Of a stretch of 64,000 nt of DNA, positions 29,741 through 39,471 are shown piece after piece (the stretch's first letter is position 1; every line of letters starts with the position of its first letter). This DNA is from Candidatus Cloacimonadales bacterium. Its GTDB lineage: Bacteria; Cloacimonadota; Cloacimonadia; Cloacimonadales; JAIOQZ01. The translations under genes and the position numbers were made by a program. The DNA is taken from NCBI GenBank assembly GCA_963674825.1, contig OY771587.1:2016001-2080000 (forward strand), written 5' to 3'. A model generated the notes under the pieces. The model did no database searches. It was not told the DNA's origin and saw nothing but the letters and a program-made list of their open reading frames with translations.

Positions 29741-30490
29741 ATGAAGATATATGAGACACACGCGCATCTGGACTTCGCAGATTTCGATAAAGATCGCGAG
29801 CAGGTGATCAGGAAGTGCTTCGACAGCGGTGTCGAACGCATCATCAATATCGGTATCGACTACGAAACCTCACTGAACAGCGTGAAGCTGGCAGCGAAAT
29901 ACGATAAAATCTACGCAACCGTCGGATTTCACCCGCACGACGCAGATAAATTCGACGAAGTGCAGCTTCTTGAATTACTGCAGAAACCGAAGGTTGTTGG
30001 TATCGGCGAGATCGGACTCGACTACTATCGCATGCACAACACCAAGCCGATCCAGAAAAAGGTCTTCACGCGGCAAGTTGAAATTGCCGTCGAGAAAAAG
30101 CTTCCAATCGTGATTCACGACCGTGACGCGCATGAGGATTGTCTGGATATCCTGGAGAGTTTGAAGCCTGAGAAGGTCGTTTTCCACTGTTTTTCGGGCG
30201 ACGAACTAATCGCAGAGCGTGTACTGGAGAATGGTTGGTTTATCTCCATCACCGGAACGATCACCTTTAAAAACAACATTATGGATGGTGTCGTTGGGAT
30301 GCTTCCCAAAGACCGGTTCTTCATCGAGACGGACTGCCCGTTTCTGGCACCGGTGCCATATCGCGGCAAGAGAAACGCTCCGTATTACCTGCGTCATGTG
30401 ATCGAGAAGATCGCCGAGATCAAACGAGTCTCGCCGAACATGGTCGCGGATGCAAGCTACCAGAACGCAGAGAAGTTCTTCGGTGTCTGA
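29741..30490 (+). CDS. tatD: TatD family deoxyribonuclease
   Basis: ETHAHL, GFHPH, GEIGLDY, IHDRDA, FHCFSG, ETDCPFLAP motifs. Confidence 0.95.
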   Translation: MKIYETHAHLDFADFDKDREQVIRKCFDSGVERIINIGIDYETSLNSVKLAAKYDKIYATVGFHPHDADKFDEVQLLELLQKPKVVGIGEIGLDYYRMHNTKPIQKKVFTRQVEIAVEKKLPIVIHDRDAHEDCLDILESLKPEKVVFHCFSGDELIAERVLENGWFISITGTITFKNNIMDGVVGMLPKDRFFIETDCPFLAPVPYRGKRNAPYYLRHVIEKIAEIKRVSPNMVADASYQNAEKFFGV

Positions 30491-30625
30491 TAGGCATCTG
30501 TGTAATATCAGATGCAGGTTTGCGTTAGATTCGTGGTTGTAAAGATAGGCATCTTCCGAATAGGATCTGTCTGGAATAAAGAATGACACATGATGCTTTG
30601 AAGTAATAATTATTGGAGGTAAAGG

Positions 30626-31306
30626 ATGTTCTTCTATGACCCAACCTTTATCCTGATCATACCGGTTCTGATCCTGGCATTCTGGGCGCAATCCCGGGTC
30701 AAGGGAACCTACAGGCAATATGCGAAAGAGCCCAACTCGTTGAACATGACCGGCGGACAGATCGCTCGCAGGATACTGGACAGGAATGGCCTTACCGACG
30801 TCAATGTCATGCCCATTCCGGGTGAATTGACCGATCATTATGATCCGCGCAGCAAAGAGGTGCACCTCTCCGAGGCTGTCTATCACGGCAGATCGGTGTC
30901 ATCTGCAAGCATCGCCGCGCACGAGGTGGGCCACGCCTTGCAGCATGCGAACGGATATGTACCCCTGTCGCTACGTGCCAGTATCCTTCCGGTGGCGAAC
31001 CTCGGTTCCACGGCTGCGTTTCCGCTTTTCCTGCTCGGACTTATCTTTCGAGTTCCCATGCTGATGGACTTGGGCATTGTCTTTTTCGCGGCTGCACTGC
31101 TATTTCATATCGTTACGCTCCCGGTGGAGTTCAACGCTTCGCATCGAGCCATTGTCGAGCTTTCCAATGGCTTGATCATACGTCAGGACGAAATTGCCGG
31201 AAACAAGAAAGTGCTACGAGCCGCGGCGCTGACCTACGTAGCCTCGACGCTCATGGCGCTGGTGCAGCTTATCCGGCTGCTCATCCTGCGCGGAAGTCGG
31301 GATTGA
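30626..31306 (+). CDS. Putative neutral zinc metallopeptidase (YugP family)
   Basis: LTDHYDP, AAHEVGHALQH, TLPVEFNAS, AAALTYVA motifs. Confidence 0.93.
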   Translation: MFFYDPTFILIIPVLILAFWAQSRVKGTYRQYAKEPNSLNMTGGQIARRILDRNGLTDVNVMPIPGELTDHYDPRSKEVHLSEAVYHGRSVSSASIAAHEVGHALQHANGYVPLSLRASILPVANLGSTAAFPLFLLGLIFRVPMLMDLGIVFFAAALLFHIVTLPVEFNASHRAIVELSNGLIIRQDEIAGNKKVLRAAALTYVASTLMALVQLIRLLILRGSRD

Positions 31307-31310
31307 TCCG

Positions 31311-31790
31311 ATGACACGTCCCAGGTTTCTTCTGGAAGACCACCTTGGCAAGCTTGCCCGGTGGCTTCGATTTCTTGACTATGATGCCGCTATGTATCAT
31401 GGCGCGAGTTTTACTAATCTTGCGAGATTGGCAGTAAAAGAGCGCCGCATTCTACTCACCCGAAGCGAAAAACACGCGAAATCCGACTGGAAGTTCGGGC
31501 GACAGCGCATTATCGCAGAGGACTATATCGACCAACTCAAGGAATTAAAAGAGCTTATCGAGCTGGACGAAGCGATGGTTGGCAACCGCTGTATGGAATG
31601 CAATCGCACACTCTATCCGATCGATAAGGCTAAAGCGAAGGGCCTGGTTCCGGAATATGTTCTGGAAACGCAGGATCATCTTTTAATATGCCGGAAATGC
31701 GGTCGAGTTTACTGGCGCGGTACTCACTGGGAAAAAATGTTGGTTACGCTTCGGGCTCTGCTGAAGCGGGATACAGCCGAACAAGCATAA
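31311..31790 (+). CDS. Mut7-C RNase domain protein
   Basis: LGKLARWLR, RILLTR, RCMECN, C..CGRVYW.GTH motifs. Confidence 0.9.
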   Translation: MTRPRFLLEDHLGKLARWLRFLDYDAAMYHGASFTNLARLAVKERRILLTRSEKHAKSDWKFGRQRIIAEDYIDQLKELKELIELDEAMVGNRCMECNRTLYPIDKAKAKGLVPEYVLETQDHLLICRKCGRVYWRGTHWEKMLVTLRALLKRDTAEQA

Positions 31791-31807
31791 AAAAAACAAT
31801 AAACCTT

Positions 31808-31836
31808 TTGACAAAATCCATGAAGGGGCAAATTAT
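31808..31836 (+). promoter_or_regulatory. Candidate sigma70 promoter for dnaE
   Basis: TTGACA at 31808-31813, 17-bp spacer, AATTAT at 31831. Confidence 0.5.
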
Positions 31837-31989
31837 CGCGAAGTGTGCTGATTTCTTAACTGACTGCATTGCAATGGGATAGACATAACTTACTGGTAAT
31901 TGGCAAGTTGTGAGCCACACCGTTTAATACGTTGTAATACAATTGGTTATGAAAATAACACAGATTTAACGCGCGATCCCCACTTCGCG
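31837..31989. repeat. Long imperfect inverted repeat containing three 25-bp palindromes
   Basis: Outer IR CGCGAAGTG/CACTTCGCG; palindromes at 31857-31881, 31886-31910 and 31925-31949. Confidence 0.65.
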
Positions 31990-32025
31990 TAACGTTCACT
32001 GGGGAAATGAATTACCGGGGTTGCC

Positions 32026-35000
32026 ATGGCTTTTGTACATCTGCATAATCACACGCAATATAGTATGCTCGACGGCGCATGCCGTACAGATAAAATCGTA
32101 GGACTCGCGAAACAATACGAGATGCCCGCTGTAGCGATGACCGATCACGGAAACATGTTCGGTACCATCGATTTCTTTATGAAGGCGAAAAAGGCGGGTA
32201 TCAAGCCCATTATCGGCATGGAAGCGTATATCGTGAATGGCGAGTTGGAAGATCCCAAGACCAAGAACGATCATCGCCATCATCTGGTCCTACTGGTTCA
32301 GAACATCGCAGGCTACCACAACCTGATGAAGCTTTCATCCATATCCTTCACCGATGGTTTCTATTACAAGCCTCGCATTAGCAAGTCCCTCCTCAAAAAG
32401 CATTCCGAAGGCCTTATCTGTCTCTCGGCCTGTCTGCATGGCGAAATCCCTTATCTGCTTCTCGAAGGAAAAAAAGACGAAGCGCTCGAAGCGATTGAAT
32501 GGTACAAGGGAATCTTCCCGGATCGTTTCTACATCGAGCTGATGGATCATGGTCTCGAGGACGAGCGCAAGGTAAAGAGCCGTCTGATCGAGATTGCGCG
32601 CGAGACCGATACGCCGATGGTCGTCACCAACGACTGCCATTATCTCAAGAAAGAAGATGCCGAAGCGCACGATGTGCTGCTCTGCATCCAGACGGGGAAA
32701 TCGCTGGGTGATCCCAACCGTATGCGCTACGAAACGACGCAGCTCTATTTCAAGACCGAAGAGGAGATGCGCAAACTTTTCCCGGATGTCCCCGAAGCTT
32801 ACGACAACACGGTCAAAATCGCAGAAACGATCGATTTCGACCTGCCCTACAAGGATTTTCTATTTCCTAAGATCGACATCCCCGAAGAATACAAGGATAG
32901 CTACGAATATTTTCGCGCGCTGGTCTACAAAGGAACCGAAAAACGCTATTCTGAACTCACCGATGAGGTGAAAGAGCGTATCGAATTCGAAATCGACGTT
33001 ATCCACCGCATGGGGTACGTTGATTATTTCCTGATCGTGAAAGACTTTATCGACGCCGCACGTGACCGTGGTATTCCGGTTGGCCCGGGTCGTGGTTCCG
33101 CTGCAGGAAGTATCGTCGCCTACCTCCTTGATATCACGCAACTCGATCCGCTCGAGTATGGCTTGCTGTTCGAACGTTTCCTCGATCTCAAGCGTGTCGG
33201 AATGCCCGATATCGATATTGACTTCTGCGCGGAAGGTCGCGGCGAAGTCATAAACTACGTTATCGAGAAGTACGGACGTAACGCGGTAACGCAGATTGTG
33301 ACCTTCACCACGCTGGGTGCGAGGTCGGTCATCAAGGATGTCGCGCGTGTGTTGGATATCCCGGCTGCGGAAGCGAACCTGATTACCAAGAAGATGCCAC
33401 TCGGTCCCAAAGTGACGATCGAATCGTCGATCAAGGATTCGACGGAATTTGCAGAGCTCATGAACAGCCGTGAAGATTACCGGAATGTGCTGAAATATAG
33501 CCAGGTACTGGAAGGCCTTGTACGACAGATCGGAGTCCACGCTGCGGGTGTGGTGATTGGTCCCGGTGACCTCTCGGATTATGTTCCGCTGGCTGTCAGC
33601 AGCCAGAAAGACGGTCCCCAGGCCTTGCTCGTGCAATACGAGGGCAAGTGGCTGGATGACCTCAAGCTGCTCAAGATGGACTTCCTCGGGCTCAAGACAC
33701 TGACCATCATACATCGAGCTGTTAGCCTGATCAAAGATTTCAAGGGTGTGGATGTCGATATCGACAATGTTTCACTGGATGACGAGAAGGCCTACGAACT
33801 GCTTTCCAACGGCCAGACAGACGGTATCTTCCAGTTTGAATCAGCCGGTATGAAAAAGTACCTGCAAGAGCTTAAACCGAACGTCTTTGCCGATCTGGTC
33901 GCAATGGTCGCGCTCTATCGTCCCGGCCCCATGCAGTTCATCGATACCTTTATCAATCGTAAACATGGCCGTGAGAAGGTCGTTTACGATCATCCGCTTG
34001 CCGAAGCAATTCTCAAGGAGACTTACGGTGTCACCGTTTATCAGGAACAGGTGATGCAGATCGCCAAGGTAATGGCTGGATTCCCCAGCGCCGAGGCGGG
34101 TGTTCTTCGGAAGGCGATCAGTAAGAAAAAACGCGACATGATGGAAGAGCTGCACGTCAAGTTTCGCGACGGATGTGTGAAGAACGGCGTGAAGGCTGAA
34201 GTCGCCGACAAGATCTGGGTCGATTGGGAAGGATTCGCGAACTACGCGTTCAATAAGAGTCACTCGGCCTGTTACGCCTATATCGCGTACCAGACCGCCT
34301 GGCTCAAGGCGCACTACCCGGTCGAGTTCATGACCGCGATCCTCTCCGTGGAAGACGATCCCGCGAAGATCCCTTATTTCCTCGACGAATGCAAGAAGAT
34401 GCGTATCGAGGTGATTCCTCCCGACATCAATAAAAGCGAAGAGGCGTTTTCGGTTGAGGATAACAAGATTTTGTTCGGTTTGCGAGGCATCAAGAATGTT
34501 GGTTCCGCCGCGATCAATGCCATTGTAAGCGAGCGTAAAAAAGATGGCCCGTTCAAGACGATCTTCGAATTTTGTACACGAGTCGATACGATGGCGGTCA
34601 ATCGCTCGGTGATCGAGAGTCTTATATGCGCTGGCGCTATGGATTGTCTGGAAGGAACCCGTTCCCAGAAGGTTGCGGTGATCGAGGAAGCGCTCAACCA
34701 CGGCAACGTCGTTCAGCAGGAACGTAACAGTGCGCAGATCAACCTGTTCGATGTGATGTCCGACACCATGAAGGCCGATGAGCACGAACCGCAATTGCCA
34801 CAGAATGCTCCCGACTGGACGCTCAGCTACAAGCTCGAGCAGGAGAAGAAGTATCTTGGATTTTACATCTCCGGGCATCCACTGATGCAACATAAGCCGA
34901 TTCTAGAGCTTTATGCCAATGTCAATACACGCGATTTCTCAAGCAAAGAGAATGGCGGATATATAAAAATTGCTGGGATTGCCACCGATATTCAGGTACG

Positions 35001-35481
35001 AACTGACCGCAATGGCAATCCGTATTCATATATTACATTCGAGGACCTTTACGGTAAGTTCGAACTTGGTCTTTTCTCGGATGATTACGTGAGATTCCAT
35101 CATACAATCCACCCCGGCAAAGAATACCTCGTCGTTGGCAGAAGAAAAAACGGCAACGGCCAGGATGAGTCAAAATTAAGGATTTATCCGAAACGCATAA
35201 TTGCGCTCGAAGAGCTGCCCAGAGAAGCTGGAGAGCTCGAAATGCACCTCGAACAAGAAGGTGCTGGTAAGAACCTTGCAGAAATATTACTTGATCAAAA
35301 AGTGAAAAATCCGGGAAATGTCAAGATGCGGTTTTGCGTACATACGAAGAAGTTCAGAGAGCTGGTAATATCTGTGCCGGATTCGCTGACGTTCTTCCCG
35401 AGTGGAGAGTTTATGAAGAGTGTCGAACCATACCTGAAAAGAAAGCCATGCGTGGTTCTCGATTTTGAGAAGAGTCGATAG
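32026..35481 (+). CDS. dnaE: DNA polymerase III alpha subunit
   Basis: PHP motifs HLHNHT and TDHG; GRGSAAGS; PDIDIDF; KMDFLGL; YAFNKSH. Confidence 0.99.
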   Translation: MAFVHLHNHTQYSMLDGACRTDKIVGLAKQYEMPAVAMTDHGNMFGTIDFFMKAKKAGIKPIIGMEAYIVNGELEDPKTKNDHRHHLVLLVQNIAGYHNLMKLSSISFTDGFYYKPRISKSLLKKHSEGLICLSACLHGEIPYLLLEGKKDEALEAIEWYKGIFPDRFYIELMDHGLEDERKVKSRLIEIARETDTPMVVTNDCHYLKKEDAEAHDVLLCIQTGKSLGDPNRMRYETTQLYFKTEEEMRKLFPDVPEAYDNTVKIAETIDFDLPYKDFLFPKIDIPEEYKDSYEYFRALVYKGTEKRYSELTDEVKERIEFEIDVIHRMGYVDYFLIVKDFIDAARDRGIPVGPGRGSAAGSIVAYLLDITQLDPLEYGLLFERFLDLKRVGMPDIDIDFCAEGRGEVINYVIEKYGRNAVTQIVTFTTLGARSVIKDVARVLDIPAAEANLITKKMPLGPKVTIESSIKDSTEFAELMNSREDYRNVLKYSQVLEGLVRQIGVHAAGVVIGPGDLSDYVPLAVSSQKDGPQALLVQYEGKWLDDLKLLKMDFLGLKTLTIIHRAVSLIKDFKGVDVDIDNVSLDDEKAYELLSNGQTDGIFQFESAGMKKYLQELKPNVFADLVAMVALYRPGPMQFIDTFINRKHGREKVVYDHPLAEAILKETYGVTVYQEQVMQIAKVMAGFPSAEAGVLRKAISKKKRDMMEELHVKFRDGCVKNGVKAEVADKIWVDWEGFANYAFNKSHSACYAYIAYQTAWLKAHYPVEFMTAILSVEDDPAKIPYFLDECKKMRIEVIPPDINKSEEAFSVEDNKILFGLRGIKNVGSAAINAIVSERKKDGPFKTIFEFCTRVDTMAVNRSVIESLICAGAMDCLEGTRSQKVAVIEEALNHGNVVQQERNSAQINLFDVMSDTMKADEHEPQLPQNAPDWTLSYKLEQEKKYLGFYISGHPLMQHKPILELYANVNTRDFSSKENGGYIKIAGIATDIQVRTDRNGNPYSYITFEDLYGKFELGLFSDDYVRFHHTIHPGKEYLVVGRRKNGNGQDESKLRIYPKRIIALEELPREAGELEMHLEQEGAGKNLAEILLDQKVKNPGNVKMRFCVHTKKFRELVISVPDSLTFFPSGEFMKSVEPYLKRKPCVVLDFEKSR

Positions 35482-36601
35482 CAGGGTAATCCTGATCGTT
35501 GCGCTTTGGCTATCGAGCCTGGCGCTTGCTGCCTTGGCGTTGCAGCACGAGCATGTTGGCGATTCAAGCTATTTCACACTGTTTATACCCTACGAGAATC
35601 TGTATTTCCAGCCTCGTGACTCGGTATATTTCTGCAAAACAGAGATTGACCTAACTCTGCTCGGACAGGATAACAGGTCAATCTATCACAACCTTTCCAC
35701 TTTCAAGATCGAGATTCCGGACAACAGCCTCATACGCTACAGGGCTTACCCAATCGTTTTCCGTCTCGGGATTATCGACGAACCCATCGAGGCGTATCTC
35801 AAGATTACCAACTTACAACAGGGAACCCGGCAGCAGGAGACCTTCACTTTGACTCCACCCTATCCCGTACGCAATCAGACGGCCCCTCTTTATCTCTTTC
35901 AGAAAGGTGATAATCGCTTTGTGACACAATTTCCCTTCAACGGTGCGCTAGCGGATTCCGTGACGGTTGTCCAACACTTCGGGACGGTACCGGATAGCCT
36001 GAGCATCGTGGTGGAAGATCGCGTTGTTTGGAGATGGGACGACCCCTCGAACAATCTTTCGGTGACGCTTCCATTGGAAAATCGTATCTATCATGGGATC
36101 AGTGTTCGATCATTTTATGGAAGGCAGTCCGTGAGCAGCCATGACCACGAGCGATTCTTCTCCGAGTACGACGCACGATATACGCCCGAGGAGCAGATCC
36201 GACAGATGGAGATCATCATGCTCAGCGCCGATATACAGCAGGCGCGCATGGTGCATAACAGAGATCTCGAAGAATACATCGACTTATACTGGAAGCGAAA
36301 CGATCCAACACCGGATACGGCATACAATGAAAATTACGAGATATTCATTCACCGGATAATGGAGACTGATAAGCGATTCAGCCTGAAAGGATTCATACCT
36401 GGCTGGAAAACAGATCAGGGCAAGATTCTGATAAAATATGGAGAACCGGAGGAAGAATTCAAGGAACAATTCCCGACCGAAGTGCTTTATCCCTATATAA
36501 TCTGGTATTATTACACGATCGACAAAAGATTTGTCTTCTACGACAAGAAGGGGTTTGGATATTATGAACTTGCTGAAAAATGGTACATCGACCGCGATTA
36601 A
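35465..36601 (+). CDS. GWxTD domain-containing secreted protein
   Basis: Signal peptide; YWKRNDPTPDT and GWKTDQG..LIKYGEP motifs; TTG start overlaps dnaE. Confidence 0.88.
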   Translation: MRRVDSRVILIVALWLSSLALAALALQHEHVGDSSYFTLFIPYENLYFQPRDSVYFCKTEIDLTLLGQDNRSIYHNLSTFKIEIPDNSLIRYRAYPIVFRLGIIDEPIEAYLKITNLQQGTRQQETFTLTPPYPVRNQTAPLYLFQKGDNRFVTQFPFNGALADSVTVVQHFGTVPDSLSIVVEDRVVWRWDDPSNNLSVTLPLENRIYHGISVRSFYGRQSVSSHDHERFFSEYDARYTPEEQIRQMEIIMLSADIQQARMVHNRDLEEYIDLYWKRNDPTPDTAYNENYEIFIHRIMETDKRFSLKGFIPGWKTDQGKILIKYGEPEEEFKEQFPTEVLYPYIIWYYYTIDKRFVFYDKKGFGYYELAEKWYIDRD

Positions 36602-37931
36602 ATTCGCTCTGCTGACAATTGTATTGCTTGTCAGTGTTGCCGCCAATGCGGATGAATTGAATCTGTATATCACAACGACCCGTTTTATGGACGATGCTGG
36701 TAACACCATCTTCGATATCGTTTACAAAATCCCATACAACCAGCTCGAATTCGTTCAGGTAGAAGATCGTTTCGAGGCGAACATCCGTATCGCAGCAGTG
36801 ATCGAACAGGGTGAGAAGCGCGTGCTGTGGAAACAGTTCGACAACCCGGTAGTCACCTTCGATCGTCAGAAGATGGCATCCAGCGGTGAATACTACATGG
36901 ACAAGATTTCTCTTACGCTGAGCAAAGAGATGCTCATCGAGCTCAACTTCATCGATTCGACGTCGAATAAAACAGCGCAATACAGAAAAGACCTCAAGCT
37001 GTTACAGGCTGGAACGAATCTGAGCGACATCGAGTTTTCCACGCAGGTAATGGTTGATACCGAACACCGGTTCGTTAAATTCTGCCGTGGCGATTCGCTC
37101 TACTTCGTGTCGCCCGATCGAATTTTCAATCTGCAGAACTATTCGGCGATGTATCTCTATTATGAGATTATGAATCTTCAGCCATCCGATCAGGGAATAT
37201 CAAACTACGAAGAAACAGTCACTGTCTTTAAAGGCGAACTAAACTATCGCCAGACAACGAATAACGAATACGTTGAAGGCACGAAGAAGAATGTTACACG
37301 CAGAATCGACCTGTCCAGTTATAAATCGGGTAAATACGAGATCGAAGTAAAGATATGGGATATGATTTCCGGAAGAGAAACGTCCCGTCGCGAATCGTTC
37401 ATCGTACGCGCCAGTGATAAGACAAAATACCGTTTCTTCACCGATATTGAGGATGAATTCCTGCTTATCAAGACCTTCCTACCGGTTACAGAGGCAAAGG
37501 TCTGGGACACGCTGAGTCCGTCTGCTAAAGATCAATACATCGATACATTCTGGCGGGTGAACGATCCGGATCCGGATACTGACGAGAACGAGTTTTTCAA
37601 GCTTGTCCAGGAGCGTGTAAGCTTTGCAAACGAGCATTATTCGCGGTTTGACGATGGCTGGAAGAGCGATCGTGGCCGGATTTACATCCGCAATGGATCT
37701 CCTGCAGAAAGATATACTGATTTCACCGATCCCTCACAGACTCGCTTTGCCAGCAAGGAATACCTGATCTGGAAATTCGATCAGCCCGAACATCGCGTTT
37801 ATTTGTTCATTGACAACATGAACAACGGCGATTTCCGGCTGGTGTATGTTGATAACGACGACAAAGAGCAGACCCTTCCATCATGGCAGAAATACTTCGG
37901 AAATGATTTCGACGAATCACTCCTGCAGTAA
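36531..37931 (+). CDS. GWxTD domain-containing secreted protein
   Basis: Signal peptide; FWRVNDPDPDT and GWKSDRGRIYIRNGSP motifs; true start probably about 36564. Confidence 0.88.
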   Translation: MSSTTRRGLDIMNLLKNGTSTAIKFALLTIVLLVSVAANADELNLYITTTRFMDDAGNTIFDIVYKIPYNQLEFVQVEDRFEANIRIAAVIEQGEKRVLWKQFDNPVVTFDRQKMASSGEYYMDKISLTLSKEMLIELNFIDSTSNKTAQYRKDLKLLQAGTNLSDIEFSTQVMVDTEHRFVKFCRGDSLYFVSPDRIFNLQNYSAMYLYYEIMNLQPSDQGISNYEETVTVFKGELNYRQTTNNEYVEGTKKNVTRRIDLSSYKSGKYEIEVKIWDMISGRETSRRESFIVRASDKTKYRFFTDIEDEFLLIKTFLPVTEAKVWDTLSPSAKDQYIDTFWRVNDPDPDTDENEFFKLVQERVSFANEHYSRFDDGWKSDRGRIYIRNGSPAERYTDFTDPSQTRFASKEYLIWKFDQPEHRVYLFIDNMNNGDFRLVYVDNDDKEQTLPSWQKYFGNDFDESLLQ

Positions 37932-38291
37932 GTCACCACGAAAAGCGTCTTCCAGGTGCTCTATCTGAAATTGCTCATTCCTGGCGGGGACGATTCCGAT
38001 AATATCAAATCGGACGAGCCTGTCCTCAAGTTCCGGGTGGCTTTGAAGATAGAGCGCTGCTGTCTTCAGGATTTTACGCTGTTTCGATCTTGATACGCTT
38101 GAAAAAGCGTTTTCCAGACTGTTTTTTCTTGCTTTTACCTCGACGAATATAATAATATGGTCTCCCATTTCGGCGATGATGTCGATTTCGCCGTACTGGA
38201 CGCGGAAATTTCTTTCCAGGATCGTAAATCCTCTGTGTTGCAAGAAAGAAACAGCGAGCTGTTCCATAGCGGGGCCTGATATTTTAAACAT
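37917..38291 (-). CDS. yraN: YraN family putative endonuclease
   Basis: ILERNFR, GEIDIIA, FVEVKAR, RFDII motifs. Confidence 0.93.
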   Translation of the reverse strand: MFKISGPAMEQLAVSFLQHRGFTILERNFRVQYGEIDIIAEMGDHIIIFVEVKARKNSLENAFSSVSRSKQRKILKTAALYLQSHPELEDRLVRFDIIGIVPARNEQFQIEHLEDAFRGDLLQE

Positions 38292-38428
38292 GGAGTAAAA
38301 AAATAACTTGACTATCCGCTGTCAAATTTTAAAAGTTATGTTGGTTCAATGGGAGAAACCCGCATGGGGTTTTCCTGTAAAGACTTAGAGATTATAAAAG
38401 TGAATAAATGAATCCAGGAGGTTATGGA

Positions 38429-39469
38429 ATGAAAGCAAGAAATCTCGTTTTCTTGACTGTGTTGGTTTTTCTTTTAGCCGGTAGCCTGAATGCTGTGCCC
38501 TACACATGCCTCGGCTATATGAAGGTGCCCACTGGCTACGTGCTTCCTCATCTTATGGGTGAGATCTCCATCGTTGGTTACGCTGGTCCCGGCGTACAGG
38601 AATATGATACCGTGAAAAATTCATCCGGTGTTGATATCCCCGTCAGCAAAGACGCTGATATGCAGTTCACATATTCTGCAGCGATTAACTATGGCTTTTT
38701 TGATCGCGTAGATCTGGGACTGGTTTACGCTGGCGTGGGCGACGGTATGTTCTATGCAAACATGAAAGCCCAGCTTATTTACGAATCGGAAACGATGCCC
38801 GCTGTTGCAGTCGGTGTGGACAACATGTTCTCCGAATTCAAGGACAGCTATCGCGATGACGATTCGGAAGCTTACACAGATCGTCTCGACTTCGGTTATG
38901 CTGATCCGGACGACTACACTGCCTGGTCCCCCTATATTGTGCTTTCGAAAGCCACGATCCTTCGCGGCGTGTCTGTATTCGAACAGCTCGAGACCGTGAT
39001 TACCGTTGGTTGGGGCCAGAATCGCTTCGAAGGTAACAAGGCAATCTCCAAGCGTCTCGGTGGTATGTTCGGCGCTGTTGAATTCAAGCCGCTTCCTTAC
39101 CTCTCAGTTATCGGTGAAATGGACGGCTACAACTTCAACGCCACACTGAATTTTATCTATCAGAATTACGAAGCTCGCGTGGGTCTCTATCGTATCGAAG
39201 AATACGGACAGCGTGACCCCAAGATCGCACTTAACCTGAAATACACGCTCGATGCGTTCTCGGAAGTGAAAGCGGCAGGAAAGAACAAACGCTACAGCCC
39301 GACTGCTGAGATTGTTCCTGATCGCCGTGGTACCCGTGTGATTCGCAAGAGTAACGAATCATCCACCGGCGAGAACCCCCTTCTTGAAGAACTGGAAGCT
39401 ATTCGTGCAAAACGTCGCCAAGCGGAGAAAGAACTGGAAGAAATAAGAAAAGTGCTTGAAGAAGAGTAA
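38429..39469 (+). CDS. YjbH-like outer-membrane beta-barrel with C-terminal coiled coil
   Basis: Signal peptide; G...VPTGYVL, PAVAVG, GMFGAVE motifs; amphipathic strands; GGAGG RBS. Confidence 0.75.
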   Translation: MKARNLVFLTVLVFLLAGSLNAVPYTCLGYMKVPTGYVLPHLMGEISIVGYAGPGVQEYDTVKNSSGVDIPVSKDADMQFTYSAAINYGFFDRVDLGLVYAGVGDGMFYANMKAQLIYESETMPAVAVGVDNMFSEFKDSYRDDDSEAYTDRLDFGYADPDDYTAWSPYIVLSKATILRGVSVFEQLETVITVGWGQNRFEGNKAISKRLGGMFGAVEFKPLPYLSVIGEMDGYNFNATLNFIYQNYEARVGLYRIEEYGQRDPKIALNLKYTLDAFSEVKAAGKNKRYSPTAEIVPDRRGTRVIRKSNESSTGENPLLEELEAIRAKRRQAEKELEEIRKVLEEE

Positions 39470-39471
39470 TT

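Noticed and set aside
32026..35481. Intein or split in dnaE
   Set aside because: Normal length and contiguous motifs.
37917..37931. Convergent 15-nt overlap of yraN and the GWxTD gene
   Set aside because: Short tail-to-tail overlaps are common.
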